A stretch of 63,893 bases of DNA, counting the filler, from Octopus bimaculoides (taxonomy: Eukaryota), in NCBI RefSeq assembly GCF_001194135.2. It is 5 parts of 4 records of this genome, joined end to end, with 100 filler letters (N's around TTAATTAATTAA, not from the genome) between each part and the next. Parts side by side here need not be neighbours in the genome. Positions count along the whole stretch, not along the records: positions 42,336 to 54,358 come from NC_068984.1; positions 54,459 to 62,629 come from NC_068982.1; 3 more parts are not named here. One strand, given 5' to 3'. The notes under the pieces are model-generated. The model was not told the origin of the DNA and did not search any database. It worked only from the letters and a program-made list of their open reading frames with translations. How positions within the stretch are numbered: position 1 is the stretch's first letter; every line of letters starts with the position of its first letter. Both the position numbers and the translations under genes were made by a program. Of this stretch, positions 49,699 to 61,974 are shown in pieces.

Positions 49699-50292
49699 GT
49701 ATCCACTACTGCTTATCTATTTATCTGCGCTAGTGTTGTATTCTAAGTATCGAGGCAGAGAAGAAAACAGATTACCATTAAAGAACACTAGATAAACATG
49801 ATTAGGCTTTATAGTGCCGTATCTTTTATGTTATAAACAGCCTACAGTATATTTTATGTTATCCACATTTTTCTGTATAATTTATTTGACGTCGCCTTTT
49901 GTTTGCCGATCATTCTAAAAGATTATGGACATTTTTGGTGCTGCATTTTGTTTAATTGTTACTTCTTTAGAGAACATAATTCCTTAATATCTTGCATATG
50001 GGTGTTCCATTTGTTTGTTCGATAGAACTGCGTATTCATTGAAGAATAGTGTAAGTGTGATTATTTCACGTTTACTTGTGCCATTATCGTAATCCCCAAA
50101 TAGACTCAGAGTGCCTCGGTGTATGGCAAGGTTGAGCATTCGAATTACAGTTACATTTTAATCACTACCGTTCTATAATTTCTGTCTGCACAGCTTTACG
50201 CAAACAGCCTGTAGAAGACACTTGTTCAAAAAAATGTCCTACAGTAGCAGGGACACCCAAGACCTCATGACGCGAAATTCTTAAAATTCTGG

Positions 50293-50361
<69 letters not shown>

Positions 50362-50564
50362 NNNNNNNNNNNNNNNNNNNNNNNNNNNNNNNNNNNNNNN
50401 NNNNNNNNNNNNNNNNNNNNNNNNNNNNNNNNNNNNNNNNNNNNNNNNNNNNNNNNNNNNNNNNNNNNNNNNNNNNNNNNNNNNNNNNNNNNNNNNNNNN
50501 NNNNNNNNNNNNNNNNNNNNATATATATATATATATATATACATATACAAATATACTTTATTTT

Positions 50565-50760
50565 AAGGCTGCAAAAATATCACAAAAGACTGCTACTCAG
50601 AGTTTCACGTTCCCGTTCGTCGGACGAACGGGGATGTGAAACCTTGATTAGTAGTTTTGTGATGTTTTTGTGATGTTTTTGCAGCTTTAATAATAAAGCA
50701 TATTACTCTACATCTGGTATTCGAGTACTATTTTTTCCCACATTGTATCACGTATATATG
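50565..50760 (-). mobile_element. Short hairpin-bounded repeat with hammerhead-like core and internal inverted duplication
   Basis: Outer stem AAGGCTGCAAAAATATCACAAAA / TTTTGTGATGTTTTTGCAGCTTT; minus-strand CCGACGA-ACG GGAA CGT-GAAA-CTC T GAG-TA at 50623-50594. Confidence 0.55.
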
Positions 50761-50987
50761 CTCACTGTGATATATATATATATAATCATAAGCTTAAGAC
50801 TTGTGAGCGATTACCGAGCATTTGCTAAAGAAAATAGTCTACTATCTGGGTTTATAAGCCCTAGATGGAATACATATATAGTGATGGTTTGTTGCCAACT
50901 TAATGTGGCAGTCCCTCGAAAGAGAAAAATGCTACGGCTATCTAGCCCCAAGAAACGCCGTTTCCAATTGGCTACGTGACACAAGCC

Positions 50988-51021
<34 letters not shown>

Positions 51022-51293
51022 TTGATTTCGGTGGTTATTGTCAGTGTTATTTATCGGCGGTTTAAATAAGAGTTTTGATTGTTATTTCCAGCAGATAGAC
51101 ATACTTAGCATGTACTTTGATTACTACAAATTTTAATCCTTCATCTATTTTATGTTTTTGGGGGCCTGCAATCGCCTTTATTATTAATTATGTTATCAAT
51201 TTAATTATTTTATCCTAGATAATAATTGAGTTAATGGTATCTTTGCAAATATCTTCTGCTGAATTATTTATTTGCTCTGTATACACATATATG

Positions 51294-51342
<49 letters not shown>

Positions 51343-51577
51343 TTATTTATATTTATATATTTATATATATAAACATATATTTATACATATATACACACGC
51401 ACATACACACACACATACACATATGTATGTATGTATACATATAAGACAGTAGGCATTAGGTTTCATATTAAAACTAAGACTAATAGTGTTTCGAAAATAC
51501 GAAAATTATTTTTATATTGCCGCCATTCCTCTTATAGTTATTATTGTTGTATTAAGTATTATTTTCAAGAAACTTAA

Positions 51578-51745
51578 GGTAGTGAGCTGGCTGGCAGAAT
51601 CTGAGTTCAAATTCCGCCGAGGTCGACTTTGCCCATCATTCTCTCGGTGTCGATAAAATAAGTACCAGTTGAACACTGGAATCGATGTAATCGACTCATC
51701 CCCACCTCCCCCAAGCTGCCTTGAATAAAAAATTGGAAATAATTA
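51578..51745 (+). mobile_element. SINE family A with internal deletion
   Basis: GTGAGCTGGCTGGCAGAATCTGAGTTCAAATTCCGCCGAGGTCGACTTTGCC. Confidence 0.8.
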
Positions 51746-51922
51746 TTTACGAGAAACTTTAAAATGTCTTTTGTTTGCATAAAGGTATTTATTATCCTGA
51801 ATACACGACGAATCTCCCGTCAATGCTACCAACGAGATAAACTCTGTATGATCATTCAACTTTCTAACTCACCGTCAAATCACACGTTTCGTCGATAAAA
51901 GAGAAATAAAATGTACATTGTA

Positions 51923-52049
51923 CAGGGTGTCCACAAAGTCTGGGTACATGGGGATTAACACATACTTTAAGAAATTATTATTTCTTATATATAATTGTTT
52001 GTGTTATGATTGTATTTACTCCATGTACCCAGACTTTGTGGACACCCTG
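51923..52049. mobile_element. Tc1/mariner-type MITE, 127 bp, 29-bp perfect TIRs, TA TSD
   Basis: CAGGGTGTCCACAAAGTCTGGGTACATGG at 51923-51951 and its reverse complement at 52021-52049; TA at 51921-51922 and 52050-52051. Confidence 0.92.
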
Positions 52050-52204
52050 TATAATGTAGTCTTGTACATATTTTACCTGGAAGCAAAATTCCAGATGGTC
52101 ATAGCTGGAACGCCATAGATCATTGGTTTCTTTGAGCAGGACTGATAAATTTTGGCACAAAGACAACAATATTAATAGAATGTTAGTTGATTTCATGGAA
52201 TCTA

Positions 52205-53291
52205 GTACTTGACTGGTACTTTATTTTATTGACCCCGTAACAATGAAAAGCGAGATTTGAGTGAACTCAGAATTTGATGATCCGAAAAAATGCTGCTAAG
52301 CATTTTATGCGGCACACAAACGACTTTGTCAATTCACTGCATCTTCGGGGCTAAATAATACTTTCAAATTTTGGCACAGAGTCAGCAGTTTTAGGAAAGG
52401 ACGTAAGTCAGTTACATTGACCCCAGTGCTGAAGTGATACTTATTTACTCCTTTTATCGACCCTGAAATGATTAATGATAAAGTCAACCACGGTAAGATT
52501 TGAACTCAGAACATAAAAAGCTAGAATAAAAGCTTAGAGTTTTGTCCTACATTCTGCCGATTCTGTCAGCTCGATATTTTTTGTTTCAAATTTTATCACA
52601 AGGCCAGTAATTATGAGAAGGCAAATCAGTTATATCGATCCCAGTTTTTAATTAGAATTGTATTTTATCACCTTCGAAAGGATGAAAAGAAAACTTGATC
52701 GAGACCGAATTTAAACTCAGAACGTAAAATACCTGGGAGAAATGCCGCTAAAATTTTTGTCAAACGCACTAGTTATTCTACTAGTTTGTCACTTCGTGGG
52801 GCTAAATAAAGGTTTAAAATTTTGGCACAAGACCAGCAAGTTCGGGAGAGGGTGTAAGTCGATTACATCTACCCCAGTACAAAGCTGGTACTTATCCTAA
52901 TCGACTCCGAAAGGATGAAAGGCAAAGTCGACCTCGGCGGAATTTGAACTCAGAAATTAAAGACAGACGAAATGCCGTTAAGCATTTTGCCGACGTGCAA
53001 ACGATTCTGCCAGCTCACCGCCATTCGTGGGGCTGAATAACGATTTCAAATTTTGGCATAAAGCCAGAACGTTCGGGGGAGACTGTAAGTCCATTACATC
53101 AACCACAGTACAAAATTGGTAATTAATTTATCGACCCTGAAAGGATGAAAGGAGAAATTCAACCTCGACCTCGGCGGAATTTGATCTCAGAACAGATGAA
53201 ATACTGCTAAGGACAGACAAAATACCGCTAAGCATTTTGCTCGGCGTGCTAACAAATCTGCCAGCTCGCCGCCTTTCGTGGTGGCTAAATA
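52205..53291 (-). repeat. Tandem array of five SINE family A units (period about 220-250 bp)
   Basis: Unit heads at about 52342, 52573, 52792, 53022 and 53273; a TTCG(T)GGGGCT(A/G)AATAA-like spacer is present at four junctions. Confidence 0.85.
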
Positions 53292-53429
53292 ATAGCGATA
53301 AATAACATGTCGCCAGAAGTCAGTTAGGTCATCATATCAGGTTTCCGAAAACTATTCAGTTGATTCCTGCTAAATGAAGCAACTCATCCAGATTCGTTGA
53401 GACAGACCTAAGAAATAATATTGCACAAT

Positions 53430-53720
53430 AAACATTTTCAAGAACGGAAATTATGTGTCTTTCTGCTTGATAACTCTTTATGATATTGTTCCACTTTATC
53501 TTAACTTCTCGCTTCTGCAAAACAGTAGCATCATTTCATATTTCTATATCGATTAATAGGAAACTATTGTCATTTTTGTCATAGACAATCATGCCAAGCT
53601 TATTATGTGCCATCTCCTGGTCTGATTTTATGCCAAAGTTCCATAGTATATTGACATCGGCATTTTTTAAGACAGGTCAAGATTCATATGAGTAGCAGAA
53701 AGCAATTTCTAGAAAAAAGT
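53430..53720 (-). mobile_element. R4/Dong-type RLE endonuclease fragment
   Basis: NADVNILWNFGIKSDQEMAHNKLGMIVYDKNDNSFLLIDIEI*NDATVLQKREVKIKW matches EN..VKILWDF.IQTD.EI..RRPDIVV.DK....C.IID...P.D..V..KE.EKI.KY. Confidence 0.7.
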
Positions 53721-54281
53721 TTAAATTCCGTGGCCAAGCGAATGTTAAATAGCTTTGCTAAGTTATTATCTTTTGAGGGGTAGCTTAACATCTTCTAACA
53801 CAATAATGTGTATTTTTAAAAAATAAAGTACACTACGTGACGTAGTTTGTCATTTGGATTATAAGAATTGTGCATATTCCTTTCATTGTTTCACCTGTTT
53901 CTGAGGAATGTTGTTTGTTCTCGTTTCCTTAAATAAAAGTGGATCTTTTTATCTGGGCAGAATTCATTGTTCATATGTGTGTGTATGGTGGGGAGGTGTT
54001 TGTGTGTGTACGAAGGCAACATTTGAGACGTTGTTTATAAGATGTATAATTACATCATCATACGTACGTTTCATTAACATAAGGCGATTGGTTGCGCAAT
54101 GCAAAATTGCAAAATACGTAATCCACACTTGCTGCAAAATAGTTAAGAGACGTGCAACTATTAAACGAAATATTGTTGTAGATACATTGTCTCAGTACAA
54201 GTAGTCATCAATGAGTTCACTCACGGGGCGTATAAGGTCGTCTCGCTACGGAGAAATACATATACATATATACATATATAT

Positions 54282-54358
<77 letters not shown>

Positions 54359-54494
54359 NNNNNNNNNNNNNNNNNNNNNNNNNNNNNNNNNNNNNNNNNN
54401 NNTTAATTAATTAANNNNNNNNNNNNNNNNNNNNNNNNNNNNNNNNNNNNNNNNNNNNATTTCTTTTATATAGTTTCAGCTCAGAGCTGCGGCC

Positions 54495-54526
<32 letters not shown>

Positions 54527-54544
54527 AATTTACATAGTCGACCG

Positions 54545-54730
54545 TGATTGATCACTAGCCACGAAACCTTTTCCTATTTTCTCTCCCTGTTTATTTCTGT
54601 GTTCCTTTCTGTTGATGAGCACAGGCTCAAAACGTAAAAGACTTTCTCACTTCTCGAGCGTTAAACTAATACACCTGTTTGTTGCTTACAACGCTTGTCT
54701 CCGTCTTTTGTTTTTTTGTAAATTCCCACT
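54545..54730 (+). mobile_element. Short repeat with variant hammerhead-like fold (copy 2)
   Basis: CTTT-CTGTTGA-T-GAGC ACAG GCTC-AAAA-CG-TA-AAAG at 54605-54640; homologous to 19530-19680. Confidence 0.6.
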
Positions 54731-55779
54731 ATACATGAATGCATTTTATTGATAAAGCAACAAAATTCAATTTTTGCAACAGTGATAGAAATTAACAACT
54801 GAACCACCATTTAGTGTATGACAAAATATTTGTTTTCTGTAGAAATAAATTCGTTGATACTCTACCATGTTTGTCAAATCGCTGTTCTAATTTTGGTTAC
54901 TGAATAACATGTATGTATTAATCCTTTTGTTCGCGTGTAAATGTAAGAATAGTTTATATTCATAGATTTACAACCGTTTCCTCGGCCCTAAACAAGCGTT
55001 TGTTCGTGTCTATTCAAATAAGTGTTTATCAGTCAATATTCCTGTAGAAACAGATTTGTGTCTCTCTCTGCATTATCAGATCTACACGCGTGAAGAGTGT
55101 AGATGTCTGTTCATATATGTTTATAAGAGTATATATTTACATACAAATAATTTAGTTACTAGCAAATTTAGCTAATCAATTATATGTAGTTATCTCTAGT
55201 TACATTTGTTTACTAGATTAATTTATGTTTGTAATTAGCGGTACTAGTTATCTCCCACCAAGAAGAAGAAGAAAAAAAAGAAAAAAGAAAACGCTCTCTC
55301 GTTCCCATTTGTACTTCTTCAGGAATGTCTGTGATTTAGTAGCGCTAAGTACCGTTAAATGTTATCTACTCTGAAATATCCATCCTCTCATTTGTATTTT
55401 AATCATCTCAGAATACCTTACCAACATTTTGACAGTAACTTTGCTTCTTTCAGATTTATTTCGTTTCTTTCTTCGACCAATTACGATGTAACATTATTTT
55501 CTAAAGACTACAAGCGTTCGTTTTAATTTTTCTCTCTCCTTACTTTACACCTATCCTTGTATTACAAATTGTGATATTACTCTCAAAATTTGTCCGTGTC
55601 CCAGTTTTAGTTTTGCTTATTTTCCGATACATAAAATTATTCGACGAATAAGGTTTCCACTTCCGCTTATTCATAGCCTATCGATTACTTTTCTTTTCCC
55701 TGACTCATCTACATTAACCGATCTTATATTTTAAACATGATACTGTTACCGAATTTAGTAAGTACGTCATATTCTATAT

Positions 55780-55950
55780 AGTATAGGCACTGGCACGAAT
55801 GTGTCCTTAAGAAGTTCGCTTCGGAACATCGTGGCTTCAGTCTTACTGCGCGCCAACTGGGGCAAATGTTTTCTTCGGTTAAAGCACCGACTCTTGTAGC
55901 GGACAGACTAATACCTTGCGCATGAAATTGGTGGACGGAAACTGTGTTAC
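55780..55950 (+). mobile_element. SINE family B head, diverged
   Basis: TTAAGAAGTTCGCTTCGGAACATCGTGG...GGGGCAAATGTTTTCTT...GGTGGACGGAAACTG. Confidence 0.55.
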
Positions 55951-56552
55951 ACACAAACACACACACGCGCATGTGCGCGTGCACACACACATGTATATTC
56001 CTAGATATATACATTATATAAATATACATATATACATACCTACATATATGTATAAATACATAACTACACATACACACACATACACGCACACACACACAGA
56101 GTAATATGTAAAATTAAGATCCAAAGATCAAGGTGTAGGAAGTTAGTAAGCTTCGAGCAGTCCATAGAATGTATATAAAAAACAACTTTCAGGAATAATA
56201 TTTTATTGTCGTAGAAAGTAGTAAATTTTTCCCGTATCGAAGTTCGATAAAGTGAAAAAGGTTATTGTATAGCTTATGATTAGCAGCTGCGGTTGCTGCG
56301 TCTGCTAATAAAAATTCCAAAGTAGGGAATGGAGAAGAAAAATCCAGGCTACATGTGTTTCATAGCGAACAGAACCTCGGAATTACCCAACCAAGGGGTA
56401 ATCCGCTGGCTACTACTCGTCGGGCCAAAGGTAACTTAATCAAATGAAGTTTACACTGTCGTCAAGGGATTCCATGTTCATATATATATATATATATGTA
56501 CACTCTGTGTTGATAAAGTGCAATAACCCAGAATTTAGTCCACAGATGTTTT

Positions 56553-56708
56553 TTGCGCTGGATGGGGGAGCTAAACTCCCTGTTCGAAAATAGAAGGCCA
56601 CAGATATTGCGTCGTATAGCCAGCTGGAGACGGTGTTTCATGGGGCTAAACAACAGTAACATTCATCCCATCCAGGACTGCCACATAATGTGGGCAAATA
56701 ACCTTTAC
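56553..56708 (+). mobile_element. Single (non-folded) diverged copy of the arm of the 12.4-12.7 kb fold-back
   Basis: TTTTGCGCTG..TGGGGG.GCTA.A.TCCC.TGTTCGAAAATA...TATAGCCAGCTGGAGAC.GTGT.TC.TGGGGCTAAA...GACTGCCA..T.ATGT.GGCAAA.AA.CTTTACT is shared. Confidence 0.7.
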
Positions 56709-56714
56709 TTTATA

Positions 56715-56749
<35 letters not shown>

Positions 56750-56755
<6 letters not shown>

Positions 56756-56955
56756 TTTTATCCTTTTATTCTTTTACTGGTTTCAGTCATTTGACTGCGG
56801 CCATGTTGGAGCACCGCTTTTAGATGAACAAATAGACCCCAGGACTTATTCTTTGTAAGCCTACTAATTATTCTGTCGGTTACTTGTCAAACTGCTGAGT
56901 TACGGGGACATAAACAGACCGACAGCGGTTGTCAAGCGATGGTCGAGGGACAAGC
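56750..56955 (-). mobile_element. SINE family B 3' part
   Basis: TTTCAGTCATTTGACTGCGGCCATGTTGGAGCACCGC...GACCCCAGGACTTATTCTTTGTAAGCC. Confidence 0.85.
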
Positions 56956-58538
56956 ACACTCAACATGTAGATAGATAGATAGATAGAGAGAGAGAGCGAT
57001 AGAGAGAGAGAGAGAGAGATAGAGAGAGAGAGAGAAATTGATAGATAGATAGATAGTTATGAGAGTTAAATGAAGGAAGTGAGTGAGAAAGAGGTAGTGT
57101 TTTGAAACATGAATGGCAAAACTTCAACCTGGGATTAGGGGAAGGTGTTTGTCAGTGTAATCATCTGTATGTATGTGTGTGTGTAAGCGTACGTGTGCGC
57201 GTGTGTTCGTTTCCGCGCGCGTGTGTGTGTGTGTGTGAAAATCTACATACTTGTGCGTGCGTTTGTCATCGTCTGGTGTGTGCGCGCGCGGCGTCTGACT
57301 AATTGAAAGGTTGATTCGGAACGAGTGTGGTTTGAGTGTGGCTGAGTGCGAGAAGAGCCTGTCTCCGCCATGACTGTATGAATGAATGAGTAGTGAAGAA
57401 TGAGTAAGTGACAAAAGTGGGTTGGCTAGTTGAATGCATGAATGAGTTTTGAAAATCAGTGAAGGAGGAGGAGGAAAGTAGGAGATGTTGAAGGGGGCTA
57501 GAACTGTTAACGTAATGAAATAAGCAAGAATTGGTTTCCTTATTTATAATGAGAAGCCCGTTATAATTATTGTTGGTAAAGGGTTACCCTCGGGCAAAAA
57601 TCCACAACGTTCGCTGCAGTTTGAATATAAATTTGTCTCCTCCTTTGCTGTCCGATACGTAAAGACTTAATGTTTGTTATACCGTTTTTGGGTATCGCTG
57701 ATTTATGCGTTGTTATTGTTGTTGTAGTATTGTTTGTTTTTAGCCAAAGAGAAAAGGCAATGGCCATAACGCTTTTCAGTTCCTCCGAATCAGATTTAGG
57801 CGCCTGGCCGAGTGCTTTCGGTGTGTTGCACGCAAGGTCGAGGTTTCGTTTCCAGGACCGTTTTGCGTTGTGTTACTGAGCAAAACACCTCGTTTCCCGT
57901 TGCTCCCGCCCAACTAACTGTGTTTGTGAACAACGTGTATATATAGAAGAGTTGGCTTCTGAAGCTGGGGGTTGAAAATACATCTGAGTCCTCAAATGAA
58001 TTGTAGTTTATACAATATATATATATATATATATATANNNNNNNNNNNNNNNNNNNNNNNNNNNNNNNNNNNNNNNNNNNNNNNNNNNNNNNNNNNNNNN
58101 NNNNNNNNNNNNNNNNNNNNNNNNNNNNNNNNNNNNNNNNNNNNNNNNNNNNNNNNNNNNNNNNNNNNNNNNNNNNNNNNNNNNNNNNNNNNNNNNNNNN
58201 NNNNNNNNNNNNNNNNNNNNNNNNNNNNNNNNNNNNNNNNNNNNNNNNNNNNNNNNNNNNNNNNNNNNNNNNNNNNNNNNNNNNNNNNNNNNNNNNNNNN
58301 NNNNNNNNNNNNNNNNNNNNNNNNNNNNNNNNNNNNNNNNNNNNNNNNNNNNNNNNNNNNNNNNNNNNNNNNNNNNNNNNNNNNNNNNNNNNNNNNNNNN
58401 NNNNNNNNNNNNNNNNNNNNNNNNNNNNNNNNNNNNNNNNNNNNNNNNNNNNNNNNNNNNNNNNNNNNNNNNNNNNNNNNNNNNNNNNNNNNNNNNNNNN
58501 NNNNNNNNNNNNNNNNNNNNNNNNNNNNNNNNNNNNNN

Positions 58539-58880
58539 GGGTCGTAGGATCGTGGTTTCGTTTCCCAGACCCGGCGTCGTGAGCGCTTATTGAGCGAAAG
58601 CACCTAAAAAATTCTACGAGGCTCCGTCAGGGTGTGGTGGCCAACCCTGCTGTACTCTTTCACCACAACTTTCTCTTACTCTTTCTTCCTGTTTCTGTTG
58701 TACCTGTATTTCAAAGGGCCAGACTTGTCACATTCTGTGTCACGCTGAATCTCCCCGAGAACTACGTTAAGGGTACACGTGTCTGTGGAGTGCTCAGCCA
58801 CTTTCACGTTAATTTCACGAGTAGGCTGTTCCGTTGATCGGATCAACTGGAACCTTCGTCATCGTAACCGACGGAGTGCC
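58539..58880 (+). mobile_element. SINE family E (tRNA head + GGTACACGTGTCTGTGGAGTGCTCAGCCACTT(G/T)CACGTTAATTTCACG block)
   Basis: The same block occurs on the minus strand at 61645-61938; a head-only copy lies at 57797-57895. Confidence 0.8.
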
Positions 58881-59219
58881 ACGTTGATATATGTGTATAC
58901 ATATATATAAACTGTTTTTATTATAATAAAAACAGTTTTACATTAATCTGATGTCTTACTCTATCCTCTTGTCGAGTACAACTTTATTATTCTAAAACAA
59001 GTCTATTATTGATAGAGAGGGAGAGTAGCTAAGCCAACGTCCGACGATGGCTTAACTTGCCTAAACTTCGAGTTCACTGTCAATAATATTCTTGCTTAAT
59101 AAAGGAAATAGTAACCGCGACCTTCGCAAGTTGACGCAGTCGATTCATTCAAATAGAAATTTTTCAAGGCGGTGCTCCAGCATATCGCCAGTCAAATCAC
59201 TGAAACAAGTGACAAGTAA

Positions 59220-59263
<44 letters not shown>

Positions 59264-60293
59264 TAAATTATAGTTAGGATCTAAGTATGTGGTTACTGCT
59301 TTTGTTTTACGGTAACGACAAAGGGTTGTTATCTATGGATCAGTTTTCTATTGTATAAAACAAATGACGTTGCTCGCCTTTAGTGATTGAATGAATGTAG
59401 ACATATACGGCATGTACGTGTGTATGCATGTGTGCGCGTGCATGTGAGTGTGTGCGCGTGCATGTGAATGTGTGTGTGTGTGTGTGTGTCTGTGTGTGTG
59501 TGAGTGTGTGTGAACATATGTACACGCCGGTAAAGCTTGTAAGGCTCTTACAAATCCACAGCTGTTATGCGTACATGCATACACACCCATACACATATAG
59601 AGCTACACACGCACACACACATGCTATATATATATATATATATATATNNNNNNNNNNNNNNNNNNNNNNNNNNNNNNNNNNNNNNNNNNNNNNNNNNNNN
59701 NNNNNNNNNNNNNNNNNNNNNNNNNNNNNNNNNNNNNNNNNNNNNNNNNNNNNNNNNNNNNNNNNNNNNNNNNNNNNNNNNNNNNNNNNNNNNNNNNNNN
59801 NNNNNNNNNNNNNNNNNNNNNNNNNNNNNNNNNNNNNNNNNNNNNNNNNNNNNNNNNNNNNNNNNNNNNNNNNNNNNNNNNNNNNNNNNNNNNNNNNNNN
59901 NNNNNNNNNNNNNNNNNNNNNNNNNNNNNNNNNNNNNNNNNNNNNNNNNNNNNNNNNNNNNNNNNNNNNNNNNNNNNNNNNNNNNNNNNNNNNNNNNNNN
60001 NNNNNNNNNNNNNNNNNNNNNNNNNNNNNNNNNNNNNNNNNNNNNNNNNNNNNNNNNNNNNNNNNNNNNNNNNNNNNNNNNNNNNNNNNNNNNNNNNNNN
60101 NNNNNNNNNNNNNNNNNNNNNNNNNNNNNNNNNNNNNNNNNNNNNNNNNNNNAATGCATATTGGTGTAAACTCACCAAATGTATGTCTTAACAAATCGGT
60201 GCATCCATACAGATTGCACACATGTTACAATACATCGGTTCTTGCCTCCCTCCACCTCCTTCCACTTTGCCATCCCCCTCTCTCTCTAACGCA

Positions 60294-60327
<34 letters not shown>

Positions 60328-60507
60328 CTCTCTCCCCTCTCTCTCTCTTCAGCCCATTCCGCTTCCCGCCACTCTTCATTACTCTCTATCTCCGTTAGTA
60401 CAAACGTGTTATTGCGATATCGTATACGCAAAATATATATATTGCATATGAATACATGCGTACATGCATGCATACACGCACACACACACACACATTGCAT
60501 GTATATG

Positions 60508-60541
<34 letters not shown>

Positions 60542-60608
60542 AATACGTATGTATATATATATATATATTTGTGTATATACGTATATATGCATATATATAT
60601 GTATGCAT

Positions 60609-60646
<38 letters not shown>

Positions 60647-61053
60647 GTATGTATGTATTTGTATGTATAACAATACATATATCTGTTAATGTATATATAC
60701 GTGTTCGCAGATGTGCGTGTATGCGCGTGCATGTTTGTGAGTGTATGTGTACTAACGTTAATTCTTGCCTTTACCGTCAATATCTGTGCATTTGTATGCA
60801 TGGTCACAACAGCTTGCTTTTTGTTTCTTTGGCTTTTATTGTGTTTCATTGAATTATTCAATTACTACTACTACTACTACTACTACTACTAGTTATTTAA
60901 TTATTTGCCTTCTTTTTTGGAGGGGGTGGGGAGTGGTGTTCTTGTTTTCTTTTTGTTGTTTATTTTCGTTCCATGAGAAATGCAAGAGTTTTGGGTCGAG
61001 AGAAGAAAAACAAACTCTCTGCTATACCCAAACCCGACTCCACCCCTTTCTCC

Positions 61054-61107
<54 letters not shown>

Positions 61108-61644
61108 GAAAAGCATGATAAATTTTGTAGCCCTCCAAAACTTCTGACCTGACCCCTCGCTGCTGTTGGGTCTTCGTTGCATCAATATTAAAAATGGACC
61201 TAATCCACAACATTTAAATACCTTGATGAGCACTTAGTATGATTAACAGAATGACTTGATCCCGACAACAACGTAATCTGATGAAGTTTATCTCCCCTTT
61301 TCCAATACCACTCCCTATTGTTTTTCACTACCAACACCGCCGCCATTTTGTTAGTCTCTCCTTTCTTTCTTACGATCGGTTTTTCTTCTTCTTAATATTA
61401 TTATCATTCTTATTCTCCTTCATTTAATTATTTATTCATATTGTTCTTTTGTATGCGAGGTTTGTTACTCTAAAATTTGGTGTCTTAAGAATATACTTCA
61501 CTGTAATTTTTCCTCAAAAATTGTGCGCTCATCACGCATTTTCAGTTGAGCTTTAAAAAAAAATTGTTAAATTGTTGTATTAATGTTGGGGCTTTTATAT
61601 TTTCATTCCCATGACCTTTTCCATTTTACTAGTACTATTACTAC

Positions 61645-61938
61645 TACCAGGAGCACTCCATCGGTTACGACGACGAGGGTAAAAGTTGATACGTGAAATT
61701 AACGTGCAAGTGGCTGAGCACTCCACAGACACGTGTACCTTTAATGTAGTACAGCGTAACACAAAGTGTGACAAGGCTGACCCCTTTGAAATAGACGTAC
61801 CACTCATTTTTTCTAGCTGAGTGGACTGGTGCAACGTGGAATAGTGTTTTGCTCAAAGACACAACGCGTAGTCGGGAATTGAACTCACGACCTTATGATC
61901 GTGATCCGAATACCCTAACCACTAAACCACGCGCCTTC
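61645..61938 (-). mobile_element. SINE family E
   Basis: Reverse complement has A-box TGGTTTAGTGG, B-box GAGTTCAATTCC, GTGTCTTTGAGCAAAACAC and the family E central block. Confidence 0.85.
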
Positions 61939-61974
61939 ACATTACTACTACTACTACTACTAATAATAATAATA

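Noticed and set aside
52205-53291. Regularly spaced repeats suggestive of a CRISPR array
   Set aside because: Units are 220-250 bp SINE copies in eukaryotic DNA; no short identical repeats with unique spacers and no cas genes.
13969-60852. Long ORFs in the track (e.g. 16564-17604, 43264-44253, 48936-49795, 59428-60852)
   Set aside because: They are open only because they run through N gaps or dinucleotide/trinucleotide repeats (VCVC, YIYI, THTH, IIII).
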